Shown in pieces: positions 1 to 11,759 of a stretch of 64,000 bases of DNA; the stretch's first letter is position 1, and the number at the start of each line of letters is the position of its first letter. The notes beneath the pieces are model-generated. The model was not told the DNA's origin and ran no database searches. It was given only the letters and a program-made list of their open reading frames with translations. Origin of the DNA: Neoechinorhynchus agilis (Eukaryota > Animalia > Acanthocephala); assembly GCA_051530055.1 (NCBI GenBank), contig CM121341.1:14548784-14612783 (forward strand), read 5' to 3'. Position numbers and translations under genes: made by a program.

Positions 1-417
1 TGGTATGTGCTGGTGGACAACCTCCGTCATCTCGGTGCGGCATATTGAATTGAACGCGTTCTCCATGTCAAGCTTGACCATAGCCGTTCCCTAATTGATA
101 CCATTTCGACTATACGCTCGTGCTGAGTGTACGACCGCCTCGGCTCCAGCAGGAACTCCGACTCCTAATTGAACCGGCAAGAGTTGATCGATCAATCGAT
201 TGGTGGCGAACTGACATGTGACTTTGGATGCCAATCGACGGAAGGTACAACCCTTGGTGAAAGCGATCAGCTTGGTACCGCAGAGTAGACGAGCGACTGG
301 AGGGGGTACGCGACCGCGAATGATTACGCGTGTGAGCTCGGTGATTGCGTTCAGCAATCGCGTACCTTGATCTCCAGAAGAGAGGCAGGTCAAATCCCGT
401 AAGTGTCGAGGACTCAA
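1..417 (-). mobile_element. Degenerate CRE-like (restriction-like endonuclease class) non-LTR retrotransposon, RT-domain fragment running off the window start
   Basis: Minus-strand translation has HLRDL...RGRVP...FRRLASK...LLPVQLGVGVPAGAEAVVHSAR, continuing past a stop into KLDMENAFNSI. These are typical CRE-clade RT motifs, and the fragment is similar to the element at 39.8-41.5 kb. Confidence 0.8.
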
Positions 418-1219
418 ACCATCATGCCCTCCAGCTGTGAAATACTATTTGATTTTTCAGCCGCATGATCAAGTTTGCCAAAATGAACACTTAGGAGAGG
501 GCTGCTGTAATGACAAAGAAAATTCTTTATATTCGGTCTCTGGTCATCTCACTGCTTCTTCGGGGAAATTGCATGTGACGGTTACTTTTTATGCGCTTAA
601 TCAGCAGGAACACAAAATTGTTGTATGCGTTTCTTTCGTCTTTGTGACGTAATGAATTATTACTCATTATGACGACAAAGCGTTCATTCACTCTTTTCGA
701 TGCATTTTAATACTGGTCCTCGGTTTCAGAAACAATATCCCACTAATTGAGTGCTTTTTAAAATATATCGATTTTCAATCGATCTTATTGGATATTTCCT
801 TAGCTACATAAAACCCCGACATTTCACATCTTATAATCCTTTTATTCGGGCTCCGACTTGAAATATTGGTAATCAATAAGTCGATTTAAATCCGGCGAGG
901 ACGTTCTTATAGAATGCATGTTTTCCCCAGAAGATAATAATATAAGACTTAATAGATATATAGTCCTTCTGAAGGGATGAAAATAATGTTGTCAAATATG
1001 GGCACTAAAATCTCTATGTTCGTATTTCCTAAGTGTATTTTTACGATTGTTTTATCTTATCTACAATGAAATCCGTAGATAAGCAAATCTTTGTTTTTTC
1101 GATAAAATTGAGGATAGTCAATGGTTAAAGAAAAAAGTCCGAGGCCTACAAAACCATAGCCGAAATTCTAGGACCAATAAATTTCTTCAATTCACTTAAT
1201 CTCACCTTCCAGATTACTA

Positions 1220-4200
1220 ATGAAATGGTTTCCTGCAGTGAACGACGATGAACTCTCGACTGACGCCAACGATCTTGTTGGCAACGTTCATATGACACAG
1301 CGTGAGAAAATAGAAAATAAAGTGATTGTAACGATATCTGAAGCTAAAGAGTGTTTACCGGACGAACGTATATCTATTCTAACAAAATTGTTCATCAATT
1401 TTCCAACGCAATGTGACGACCAAAATCCGGGCGACCCATTGTTAAGGTTAAAGGTAGAGTGCATCTCTGATTTGTTGTCTGCGATGCTGGGAACTTGTAT
1501 CTTAACACCAACAATTCCTTTAGATGGAACCAGTGATTGCCTAGATTTACAAGCTGCGATTTCGATTAGCCTTTATAGACATTATGAACGAATTAGTCAA
1601 ATGATGGAATATATGGGCCCTAATCTATCAAGAAATCAAATATGTCAACTATCGAAATTATGCTATAATTTCGGCTGCGGTGATGTGTTGTTAAGATTAT
1701 TCAATCGTGATTTTATACCTTTGGAGCATTATTTATATACAAACATGCTTGAATACGTTTTGCCTTTCTTTGTCCACGCAAAAAGAATCGATAAATGTTT
1801 CAGCTTAAGTGAGAATTTTCTTCGTAATACTCGAAGATCAAGTCGTATAGTGAGTTTGTACAACCGGGCTTACAATCCATCAATTATTGATTTGGATGCT
1901 AAAAAACAATGCTGGCTAATTTGTCAGGAAGTTGGAAAACGTTTGAAAGTGTACAGATGCGATTTTAAAACCGTTACACTCATTTGGACTGTGAGTGAAA
2001 ACGATTGTGAGGAAATCGGTAAGAGGTTGCTCGAATTCGTCAATACTGTTCAAGATGAAAAGAAAAGTTCGATCGTCTTGTGCTCTGTGATATTGTCAAT
2101 GTCTTCAGGCTCACTTAGTCCACAGGCTTTAAAATCAAGAAAACGTAGATCACCTCCCGAAGATGATCGAACAACAAGACGATCCGGACGTGGAAATGCC
2201 TTCATTGATTCTTGGGTGTCGATCATGCTCGACAGTATGAGCAAACAAATCAACCTCATTAAACCAAAAGATATTCAATGCAAAAATTCATGCGTTAATC
2301 ATGCAAACGTAGATGAAGGAGAAACAAATTTCAGCATCGACCAATCAGAAGCCGCTGCAGATTATTTTGAAAAAGTAGAAACACTTAAGCGTTCTTCCCA
2401 TTCGCTCGTTGACCTAATCCAATACTTTCTCGAAATTTTGTCATCAGAAGATTTTTCAGTTCAAATCGATTGGCCTACACAATTACAAGATATGTTCTTC
2501 AAACTTGCAGATATTCTTTTTGAACTGAAGGTAAATACGATGAATATTGCTGTGTACGCAAACTACATTAAACTCTTTTATCTATTTCGATATAAGGAAC
2601 TAAACAAATCGCCGTTCGTTACATTTGCAGTTTCTAATTTAAATAATAGAAAGCAATTGGACGACATATCGTTGCTCGTTCTCGCTTACTATCTTTCCTC
2701 ATTGAAAACTGAGAATTGGTATATCGGAGTATCCCAGATCCTCGGAATGATTCAGGATATAACGATCGTTCTAAGTTTCTCTCCTCCAATGGGATTTAGC
2801 CATTTGTCTCAAAAGGTGGCAACGGCTATCTGCATTGATGAAGCGCAAGACGATAATACATGTGAGGAGTCACTGGATATGTTTCTGTCTCAAGAACCAT
2901 CCAGCATACCGGACAATATTGTAGACGCGATTTTTCGCACAAAAAACACCGATCTCGTTTGCCGAATGTACTCTGTAGCTCCAAATATCGATTCGTATTT
3001 ATTGGCTAAGACAACTTTTTCGGGCGATCAACATCAATTCTGCATTATTCAACGGCTAATGAACGAACTTTCTTATGAATTAACGGATTGCGACGACTTC
3101 TGGATTGCTTTTATGCGGTCCTTTGAGCTTATTTGTCGTGCAAGCAAACCATCAAAGTTCGAATCCCGATTCTGTAACATGTTTGAGTCCATTCACTCAA
3201 ACATTGGCAGGAACGCCTGTTGTACAATGAAGCAAAATGGGAAATTCCTCAGGTACATTGTCCAACGACTCGCACACTTCTACCAGTCTCAAAGGACGGA
3301 TCAAGAAAGTGCGCCTATCCTTCAGCATCTACAACAAGCCGCATTTTGTCTCTGGGGAGTTGTGCCAGTAAGCCGAAGGGACAGACAACGATACCTTGTT
3401 GACCATAAATGTGTGGTCCAGCCAATGAGTCCTAGTGACTGTAAGATTGTCTTCACAGCATTTGCACCGGATGTACTAAATGCTCCGTGGGACAATAGGA
3501 ACTCTGGTACCGATATTGATGGGAACAATCTGGTTTTCTGTTCGATTGTAAGAACGCTAAATATCACAGTAGACAAAGAACACTCAAAAAACCTTATTGA
3601 TTTATTAGAAAACGAGCACGAATGCGGTCAAGGTTGGGAAGAGACTTTATTGAGCAAAATTAAAAGTCAACAAGTGAGTCAACATTATCGGGACATCTTT
3701 TATTTTATGGCTGATTGTTATCTAAAATGCTCGTTTATAGCACAAGCCCTCGAGAATTACCAAGAAGATATTCGAGTGGTTCCACGACGTGCATACTCGT
3801 GGGCCGGTCTATTCTTTTGCTTCCTCAAACAGATTCAAAGCTTTCTTTTGGATTATGAAGAAGGTGATCATGAGTTAAATAATGGCGACGGGAATAATGA
3901 CTTCGCAAGTAAAATTTGCGTACTGATTAGGAAACTGGATAAATCGTACAAAGTAGCGATTCATATAAAGCCGGAAATGTCCCAGAATATGAAAAAGGAC
4001 TATGCGGTTATCCAATACGCAGCAGCTTCAACCATATCAAAACATTTAAAACGAACAGCAGTACAGACGTATGGGGTAGTTCATTTTCCCCTGTCAGAAA
4101 ATGATTGTTCGCTTCTCTCAAGAATCCGCTCACGGTTACTTGAACAATCAAATGAATGCTTTGTACAATTAACGCGAACCGAAAGCGATTTGTCTAATGT

Positions 4201-5371
4201 TAGCCAATCAGATTTATGTGAGAATTTAATTTGGTTAGCAAAAATCCTGAGACGTAGAAATAAGCTACGAGAAGCGATTGAACATATATCGAAAGCAACC
4301 AATATAATACGTAAGGAAAATAACGCCCTCTTATCGTGTGTAAGAGCGCCAACCTCAAATTTTCACCGAATCCTCGAGATTTTTTATTTGGCTGGATCAA
4401 CAGGTATCAAGACTCTACAAAGTGGTCGATTTGAGTACATGAACGTTGAATTCTTAGGATCTCTACACGCACTTCATTCAGATTTTAAGATTCACGAAAG
4501 GGCAGTTGCTGATTGCAATCGATTGTCCGATGAAATTGTACAAAGATGTGCCTCAAGAACACTAGCCTTACTGATAAATATACTTCGAGATGATTGTGTT
4601 TTGGAATATATGGAAAAAATCATCCCGACCTTCATTCGAGTTTCATGCTCTCTCCTTCTACTCGTCCTTTACCATCAACCATCTCATTACAAAAGCCAAT
4701 ACCGAATTTGTTCGTTTCTTCATGAAAATTCTCCATCAGATCAGCAACAATGTAATCAGCTTCTACGAAATTTTCTTTTTGATGGAATTACCTCAGACGT
4801 TGGAGGTAGAAGACGCAAAATAATCGATGCTCTGTTCATGCAATATTCCGGGGATAATCCCTTTATGGGATTAAAAAAACACCCGGAGGGTTGTGGGAGC
4901 TTATACGAACTTTACGGAACATACACAACGTACCTCTCAAAATCAGCTCTCATGCTAATCAAAGTATTTAAAAATGACCATGAGAAGCTTAGTGAACTTA
5001 CACAATTTTTAACACGATCAAACGATCGCAAAAATGGACACTTAAATGAACTAGACCGAATTTCTCTTTGTAGAATTGCGTTCCGGCAAACTTGCAACGC
5101 TTTTCGAACTTCTTGGCCCAATATCAATGCCCTGTCAACTAGTGAACGCCGTAAAAAGAATCTTACCACAAGGCAAATGCTGGCCAGAATGTACAGGCAT
5201 TATATGATTGGTCCAAATGTCCTCAAGATTGACGATCCGTCCCTTGCGTCAACAATGTGCAACATTTACACCATCATTACGGGAAAAGAGGAACCAACAA
5301 TCGACGAAGTTCTCAAATATTGTCAAGTTGGACTTTTAACGACACATTCCGGTGATCGTGAAGACGATTAG
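1220..5371 (+). CDS. CABIN1: Calcineurin-binding protein cabin-1 / HIR3 (HIRA histone chaperone complex subunit), single long ORF
   Basis: 1383-aa ORF. IFYFMADCYLK...QEDIRVVPRRAYSWAGL matches cabin-1 LYYLLADYHFK...HDICICPNRFDSWAGM, and YHQPSHYKSQYRI matches FPQHYKSLYRL. Confidence 0.8.
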   Translation: MKWFPAVNDDELSTDANDLVGNVHMTQREKIENKVIVTISEAKECLPDERISILTKLFINFPTQCDDQNPGDPLLRLKVECISDLLSAMLGTCILTPTIPLDGTSDCLDLQAAISISLYRHYERISQMMEYMGPNLSRNQICQLSKLCYNFGCGDVLLRLFNRDFIPLEHYLYTNMLEYVLPFFVHAKRIDKCFSLSENFLRNTRRSSRIVSLYNRAYNPSIIDLDAKKQCWLICQEVGKRLKVYRCDFKTVTLIWTVSENDCEEIGKRLLEFVNTVQDEKKSSIVLCSVILSMSSGSLSPQALKSRKRRSPPEDDRTTRRSGRGNAFIDSWVSIMLDSMSKQINLIKPKDIQCKNSCVNHANVDEGETNFSIDQSEAAADYFEKVETLKRSSHSLVDLIQYFLEILSSEDFSVQIDWPTQLQDMFFKLADILFELKVNTMNIAVYANYIKLFYLFRYKELNKSPFVTFAVSNLNNRKQLDDISLLVLAYYLSSLKTENWYIGVSQILGMIQDITIVLSFSPPMGFSHLSQKVATAICIDEAQDDNTCEESLDMFLSQEPSSIPDNIVDAIFRTKNTDLVCRMYSVAPNIDSYLLAKTTFSGDQHQFCIIQRLMNELSYELTDCDDFWIAFMRSFELICRASKPSKFESRFCNMFESIHSNIGRNACCTMKQNGKFLRYIVQRLAHFYQSQRTDQESAPILQHLQQAAFCLWGVVPVSRRDRQRYLVDHKCVVQPMSPSDCKIVFTAFAPDVLNAPWDNRNSGTDIDGNNLVFCSIVRTLNITVDKEHSKNLIDLLENEHECGQGWEETLLSKIKSQQVSQHYRDIFYFMADCYLKCSFIAQALENYQEDIRVVPRRAYSWAGLFFCFLKQIQSFLLDYEEGDHELNNGDGNNDFASKICVLIRKLDKSYKVAIHIKPEMSQNMKKDYAVIQYAAASTISKHLKRTAVQTYGVVHFPLSENDCSLLSRIRSRLLEQSNECFVQLTRTESDLSNVSQSDLCENLIWLAKILRRRNKLREAIEHISKATNIIRKENNALLSCVRAPTSNFHRILEIFYLAGSTGIKTLQSGRFEYMNVEFLGSLHALHSDFKIHERAVADCNRLSDEIVQRCASRTLALLINILRDDCVLEYMEKIIPTFIRVSCSLLLLVLYHQPSHYKSQYRICSFLHENSPSDQQQCNQLLRNFLFDGITSDVGGRRRKIIDALFMQYSGDNPFMGLKKHPEGCGSLYELYGTYTTYLSKSALMLIKVFKNDHEKLSELTQFLTRSNDRKNGHLNELDRISLCRIAFRQTCNAFRTSWPNINALSTSERRKKNLTTRQMLARMYRHYMIGPNVLKIDDPSLASTMCNIYTIITGKEEPTIDEVLKYCQVGLLTTHSGDREDD

Positions 5372-5491
5372 AATGCAGTGTGAAATAAACGTCACATCCT
5401 TTTAAAGAAAAGAATCTTTTGATTCTTTCGTGTTTCGTGCGGTATCGTCTTGTTGCATTTTTATACAAGAACGACTAGTAGTCGACGTTAT

Positions 5492-5692
5492 ATGGAGAGC
5501 GAATCAACGTTTGGTCGTGTTTATCAGATTTACGGACGAACTGGACCGAGTGGAGGTGTAACGCAAGTAGGAGTGGAACTTATATTTGAACAACCGAGTC
5601 GGAAGATCGTCAGGAACGTTAAAGGGCCAGTTAAGGTGGGCGATCTTCTTATTCTTAGAGAAAATGAACGTGAGGCCAGGAGATTAAGATGA
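5492..5692 (+). CDS. RPS28: 40S ribosomal protein S28 (eS28)
   Basis: 66-aa protein from ATG 5492: [15 protein letters not shown]...[30 protein letters not shown], the eS28 signature. Confidence 0.95.
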   Translation: MESESTFGRVYQIYGRTGPSGGVTQVGVELIFEQPSRKIVRNVKGPVKVGDLLILRENEREARRLR

Positions 5693-8600
5693 GTGCGTTC
5701 AATCTGGAGTGAGTGTATTGCTTTAAGAGGTTTTTGTGTTTCTTGTGCGAATGTGAAGGTCAAATGATGAAGACGTACGGGCGGACTGAACAAATCGTGA
5801 AGAACGTTATTCTGATGAACTTGGTTTATTAGCTTTTCCACACAAAAAGGACTCGTTATTTTGATTATTTCTTTTCTCTCGATTCAAACCTATGTTGTGC
5901 ATGGTAAATTGGTTACTTTTTTCATTTGGTCATGCTTTCTTTTTTTCTCGTAAATTCGATCTAAAACGTTCGACTAAAAAATTAGAACAATGTTATTTGA
6001 ATTAATTTTCTCTTAAACCGCTCCCCCGTTGCCATTATTTTACCATTAGAATGAGTACAACAATTTTTGCAGGCTTTCAGACATTTCTGTATTATTTTGG
6101 AATTTAACGTTTTGTTCGGAACAACCGAATCTTAAGGTCTTAAGTGTAATTGTTCGTGTGAAGTGACTTTGAATATCAAACGGACGATGATACACAAAAA
6201 ATTCTAGTGTTTTAATCGTTGAGTATTATAAAAACCGAGTTGATGTAGAACGGACGTTCCGATTACAGTTGAGAACGTTAAAGGGCCAGTTAAGGTGGGC
6301 GATCTTCTTATTCTTAGAGAAAATGAACGTGAGGCCAGGAGATTAAGATGAGTGCGTTCAATCTGGAGTGAGTGTATTGCTTTAAGAGGTTTTTGTGTTT
6401 CTTGTGCGAATGTGAAGGTCAAATGATGAAGACGTACGGGCGGACTGAACAAATCGTGAAGAACGTTATTCTGATGAACTTGGTTTATTACCTTTCCCAC
6501 ACAAAAAGGACTCGTTATTTTGACTATTTCTTTTCTCTCGATTCAAACCTTTGTTGTGCATGGTAAATTGGTTACTTTTTTTCATCTTGTCATGCTGTCG
6601 TTTTTTTCTCGTGAATTCGATCTAAAACGTTCGACTAAAAAATTAGAACAATGTTATTTTAATTAATTTTCTCTTAAACCGCTTCCCCGTTGCCATTATT
6701 TTACCATTAGAATGAGTACAACAATTTTTGCAGGCTTTCAGACATTTCTGTATTATTTTGGAATTTAACGTTTTGTTCGGAACAACCGAATCTTAAGGTC
6801 TTAAGTGTAATTGTTCGTGTGAAGTGACTTTGAATATCAAACGGACGATGATACACAAAAAATTCCATTGTTTTAATCGTTGAGTATTATAAAAACCGAG
6901 TTGATGTAGAAGCGACGTTCCGATTACAGTTGAGAACGTTAAAGGGCCAGTTAAGGTGGGCGATCTTCTTATTCTTAGAGAAAATGAACGTGAGGCCAGG
7001 AGATTAAGATGAGTGCGTTCAATCTGGAGTGAGTGTATTGCTTTAAGAGGTTTTTGTGTTTCTTGTGCGAATGTGAAGGTCAAATGATGAAGACGTACGG
7101 GCGGACTGAACAAATCGTGAAGAACGTTATTCTGATGAACTTGGTTTATTAGCTTTTCCACACAAAAAGGACTCGTTATTTTGACTATTTCTTTTCTCTC
7201 GATTCAAACCTTTGTTGTGCATGGTAAATTGGTTACTTTTTTTCATCTTGTCATGCTGTCGTTTTTTTCTCGTGAATTCGATCTAAAACGTTCGACTAAA
7301 AAATTAGAACAATGTTATTTGAATTAATTTTCTCTTAAACCGCTCCCCCGTTGCCATTATTTTACCATTAGAATGAGTACAATAATTTTTGCAGGCTTTC
7401 AGACATTTCTGTATTATTTTGGAATTTAACGTTTTGTTCGGAACAACCGAATCTTAAGGTCTTAAGTGTAATTGTTCGTGTGAAGTGACTTTGAATATCA
7501 AACGGACGATGATACACAAAAAATTCTAGTGTTTTAATCGTTGAGTATTATAAAAACCGAGTTGATGTAGAACGGACGTTCCGTTTACAGTTGAGAACGT
7601 TAAAGGGCCAGTTAAGGTGGGCGATCTTCTTATTCTTAGAGAAAATGAACGTGAGGCCAGGAGATTAAGATGAGTGCGTTCAATCTGGAGTGAGTGTATT
7701 GCTTTAAGAGGTTTTTGTGTTTCTTGTGCGAATGTGAAGGTCAAATGATGAAGACGTACGGGCGGACTGAACAAATCGTGAAGAACGTTATTCTGATGAA
7801 CTTGGTTTATTAGCTTTTCCACACAAAAAGGACTCGTTATTTTGACTATTTCTTTTCTCTCGATTCAAACCTATGTTGTGCATGGTAAATTGGTTACTTT
7901 TTTCATTTGGTCATGCTGTCTTTTTTTCTCGTGAATTCGATCTAAAACGTTCGACTAAAAAATTAGAACAATGTTATTTTAATTAATTTTCTCTTAAACC
8001 GCTTCCCCGTTGCCATTATTTTACCATTAGAATGAGTACAATAATTTTTGCAGGCTTTCAGACATTTCTGTATTATTTTGGAATTTAACGTTTTGTTCGG
8101 AACAACCGAATCTTAAGGTCTTAAGTGTAATTGTTCGTGTGAAGTGACTTTGAATATCAAACGGACGATGATACACAAAAAATTCTAGTGTTTTAATCGT
8201 TGAGTATTATAAAAACCGAGTTGATGTAGAACGGACGTTCCGTTTACAGTTGAGAACGTTAAAGGGCCAGTTAAGGTGGGCGATCTTCTTATTCTTAGAG
8301 AAAATGAACGTGAGGCCAGGAGATTAAGATGAGTGCGTTCAATCTGGAGTGAGTGTATTGCTTTAAGAGGTTTTTGTGTTTCTTGTGCGAATGTGAAGGT
8401 CAAATGATGAAGACGTACGGGCGGACTGAACAAATCGTGAAGAACGTTATTCTGATGAACTTGGTTTATTAGCTTTCCCACACAAAAAGGACTCGTTATT
8501 TGGACTATTTCTTTTCTCTCGATTCAAACCTTTGTTGTGCATGGTAAATTGGTTACTTTTTTTCATCTTGTCATGCTGTCGTTTTTTTCTCGTGAATTCG

Positions 8601-9276
8601 ATCTAAAACGTTCGACTAAAAAATTAGAACAATGTTATTTGAATTAATTTTCTCTTAAACCGCTCCCCCGTTGCCATTATTTTACCATTAGAATGAGTAC
8701 AATAATTTTTGCAGGCTTTCAGACATTTCTGTATTATTTTGGAATTTAACGTTTTGTTCGGAACAACCGAATCTTAAGGTCTTAAGTGTAATTGTTCGTG
8801 TGAAGTGACTTTGAATATCAAACGGACGATGATACACAAAAAATTCCATTGTTTTAATCGTTGAGTATTATAAAAACCGAGTTGATGTAGAAGCGACGTT
8901 CCGATTACAGTTGAGAACGTTAAAGGGCCAGTTAAGGTGGGCGATCTTCTTATTCTTAGAGAAAATGAACGTGAGGCCAGGAGATTAAGATGAGTGCGTT
9001 CAATCTGGAGTGAGTGTATTGCTTTAAGAGGTTTTTGTGTTTCTTGTGCGAATGTGAAGGTCAAATGATGAAGACGTACGGGCGGACTGAACAAATCGTG
9101 AAGAACGTTATTCTGATGAACTTGGTTTATTAGCTTTTCCACACAAAAAGGACTCGTTATTTTGACTATTTCTTTTCTCTCGATTCAAACCTTTCTTGCG
9201 CATGGTAAATTGGTTACTTTTTTCATTTGGTCATGCTTTCTTTTTTTCTCGTAAATTCGATCTAAAACGTTCGACT
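5614..9276 (+). repeat. Tandem array, about 5.5 copies of a 659-661 bp unit containing the last ~26 codons and 3' flank of RPS28
   Basis: GAACGTTAAAGGGCC recurs at 5614, 6273, 6934, 7595, 8254 and 8915. Units are near-identical with a few diagnostic variants. Confidence 0.97.
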
Positions 9277-9326
9277 GAAAATCCGTTAGAATGAGTATAA
9301 AGGTTGTTTTCTTGTATAACATAAAA

Positions 9327-11550
9327 TCACCGTCTCCACAGTTTCAGCATTCGGTCTTTTCCGCCAGTAGCTACCTTCAGACCATCGCTACTCCAGTCTA
9401 ATGAATACACTTCATCTTCATGTCCAGGTAGATCCACACTCAAATTCTTTGTTGTAATGTTCCAAAGCTTGACCGTTGAGTCGGCACTGGCGCTGATAAC
9501 ATACCGACTGTCTGCACTCCATACAATCCGGTACACCCTTCGTACATGGCCGCAGAATGTCATTAGGTGTTTGGCCGACGCGGAATCCCATATCCTGACC
9601 GATCGATCAAAACTGGCAGAGGCCAAAAGTGTACCGTCTGGTGAGAATTGAACGTGGATAACTGGCTGACAGTGGCCATGTAAACGCAAACATGATTTAG
9701 GTTTAGTGTTCGATCTCCAAAGACATAATGTATGATCATCGGATGCGGAAGCGAGTAAGTCCACTGATCCTCTGGAGAATACGTCGATTGAGTTTATCCA
9801 ATGAGCGTGAGATGTAAGAGATATGAACGATAATGGAGTCTTTGTATTGCCAAAATTAAGTTTTTAGAAGTCTAATAAATCTTTTGATTGCAGTGTCGCT
9901 GAGACTTGGGGTACCGATGTGCACATCCCATCGCTGCCGTTGAGGAGCGACCGTGGAACCATCGGGACGCCAGGATCTCGTCTGTCGGCAATCAGGCGGG
10001 AGGTACCCACGACACGCCAAAATGAACGCAATTCTGATTCGCGGCCTGAATACTATGAATGCGCCCAACATCCCAGAGCCGAGCAATCTTTGCCGACTCG
10101 ATGGCCGCAGACCGGACGATGTCACAGTATTATCGTGGCGAAGGGAAGCAAATGCCTTCTCTGGGACGCCACGCTCGTAGCCAGCAACATAAAATTCGCT
10201 GCCATTAAACCAGGGGGCAGCAACCCGCTGGGGAGCGCAAAAGGACAAAATACAGGAGCCTGAGTCGAAATCATTATTTCGTTCCCTTTGGCGTAAAGAC
10301 GCTTGGGTCGTTTGGTACCGCGGCCCAGGACCTGGTCAAGGAATTGTCTAAGAGATTGAGACGAATCACTGGCGATTAGAGGGCAGGAGCATTCCAAGTA
10401 CAAAACATTATTCTGGCTGTGCAACGGGGCATCCGTCCTTTCGGCCGTTACACCCCGACGACACCTTGAGAGATCCACAGCGGTGGTGTGAATGACTCTA
10501 GGATAAGAAAAATTAACAACTTTATACTACAAAAATGAATTTTAAACAAAAACACAGTGCTGGAAACAATATTGAAACATTGTGTTTAGGCACCAATTTC
10601 ATTTTAGACCTTGCTTCGGTGACACATTAGTCAGTCTTCTATTTTGATTTGATGGCAGAAAAAAGTCAATTTTAAAATGCCACTTTGCGTAAAACCAGTA
10701 CAAAAACTCGCCATAAACTTTCATTGCTAACGTTCCATGCTCTTACAGTGCGATCCCTTGAACTCGAATACAAGTAATTTTGAGTCCATTTTAGGCCGGT
10801 AATTGCCCCTACGTGCCCATCAAGTGACCGTTCGCACGTACCGGTCATTACATTCCATATTCTGACACTGTTGTCCTTTGAGCCGGAAGCGATCATTGTA
10901 CCATCGGGATGCCAGGAAATGCATGCCACATATCCGGTATGTTTATTTAGTCGCCTAGCAAACAATTTCTTTGTTGTGTTAATCACATTCGAATAAACAA
11001 TGACAGTGCAGTCTCTCGAGCAGGAAGCCAGTTGATATAGTTCATTGTCGCAAGTAGGCGACCATGCCAAATCCAACACCCAGTCTTTATGGTAATTTTC
11101 CAGTTTATGAAGTGGAGTTTCCGTTTGAGTATCCCAAATTCGAACTGTAGAGTCGCCTGAACCAGTAGCCAAATAGTTGTTATCAGGACTAAACCTAATG
11201 GTCAGTATGACTTCCTTGTGACCAGCCAGTGAACTCGTACATCTACAAACGGGTCTTACGAAACCAATGCCACGTGGGAGACACGTGATCTTTAAAGCTT
11301 CCTCTTTAATGTCCGGACCAACACAATCGCCAATGTTGGAGAGTAGCGATCCAATGCCTTCAATCACGAATCGCATTGGACACGGACGGAGGCTTTCAGA
11401 TGAACGACATACGTCGTCGTACATGCTCTGCAGTTCCTTTGGACCAATGGTTAAATCGGTTAAAATCGGACCGGTTAGTTCCTCGCCCTTTTCGGACATG
11501 AGCTGGCACATAACCGAACCAGAATACGTTCTTGGCGCGGTGTCGGTCAT
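9327..11550 (-). CDS. NLE1: Notchless homolog 1 / Rsa4 (WD40 ribosome assembly factor), two parts separated by a ~870-890 nt intervening sequence
   Basis: N-terminal NLE/UBL region, then RPVCRCTSSLAGH...YLATGSGDSTVRIWDTQTETP. The 3' part has SHAHWIN...ASASFDRSVRIW...DLPGHEDEVYSLDWS...LKLWRR. Confidence 0.92.
9830..10716 (-). other. Stem-closed intervening sequence in NLE1
   Basis: In mRNA sense, GAGTTTTTGTA (10709-10699) pairs with TACAAAGACTC (9846-9836), 11 bp with one G-U. TTAT direct repeats flank it (10716-10713 and 9833-9830). Removing 883 or 886 nt restores the frame. Confidence 0.65.
9905..10480 (+). mobile_element. 3' fragment (restriction-like endonuclease region) of a CRE-like retrotransposon, inside the NLE1 intervening sequence
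   Basis: Frameshifted motifs GRYPRHAKMN...PEPSNLCRLDGRRPD, KCLLWDAT, HYFVPFGVKTLGSFG...LRRITGD*RAG...LAVQRG. Confidence 0.85.
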
Positions 11551-11759
11551 TGCGCGAACCTCGAGGCGATCTGAAATTGAAAACGAAGACCGGTTGAAAC
11601 AATATTGATTCCTTTAGCTTATGCGTCGCTCAACTGGTCACATTTATCAATGTAAATTAAATTTATCTTACACAATTGAATTAGGGCACACCGCCCACCG
11701 ATTTTGGTCAGAGAGGTACTCGAAAGTGACAGAGTTTGTAACCCGAATCCATGTTTCAA

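Noticed and set aside
5530-9142. Recurrent 98-122 aa minus-strand ORFs (MEKLINQVHQ...)
   Set aside because: They are antisense to the RPS28 3' end and repeat only because the array repeats. They have non-ATG starts and no recognisable product.
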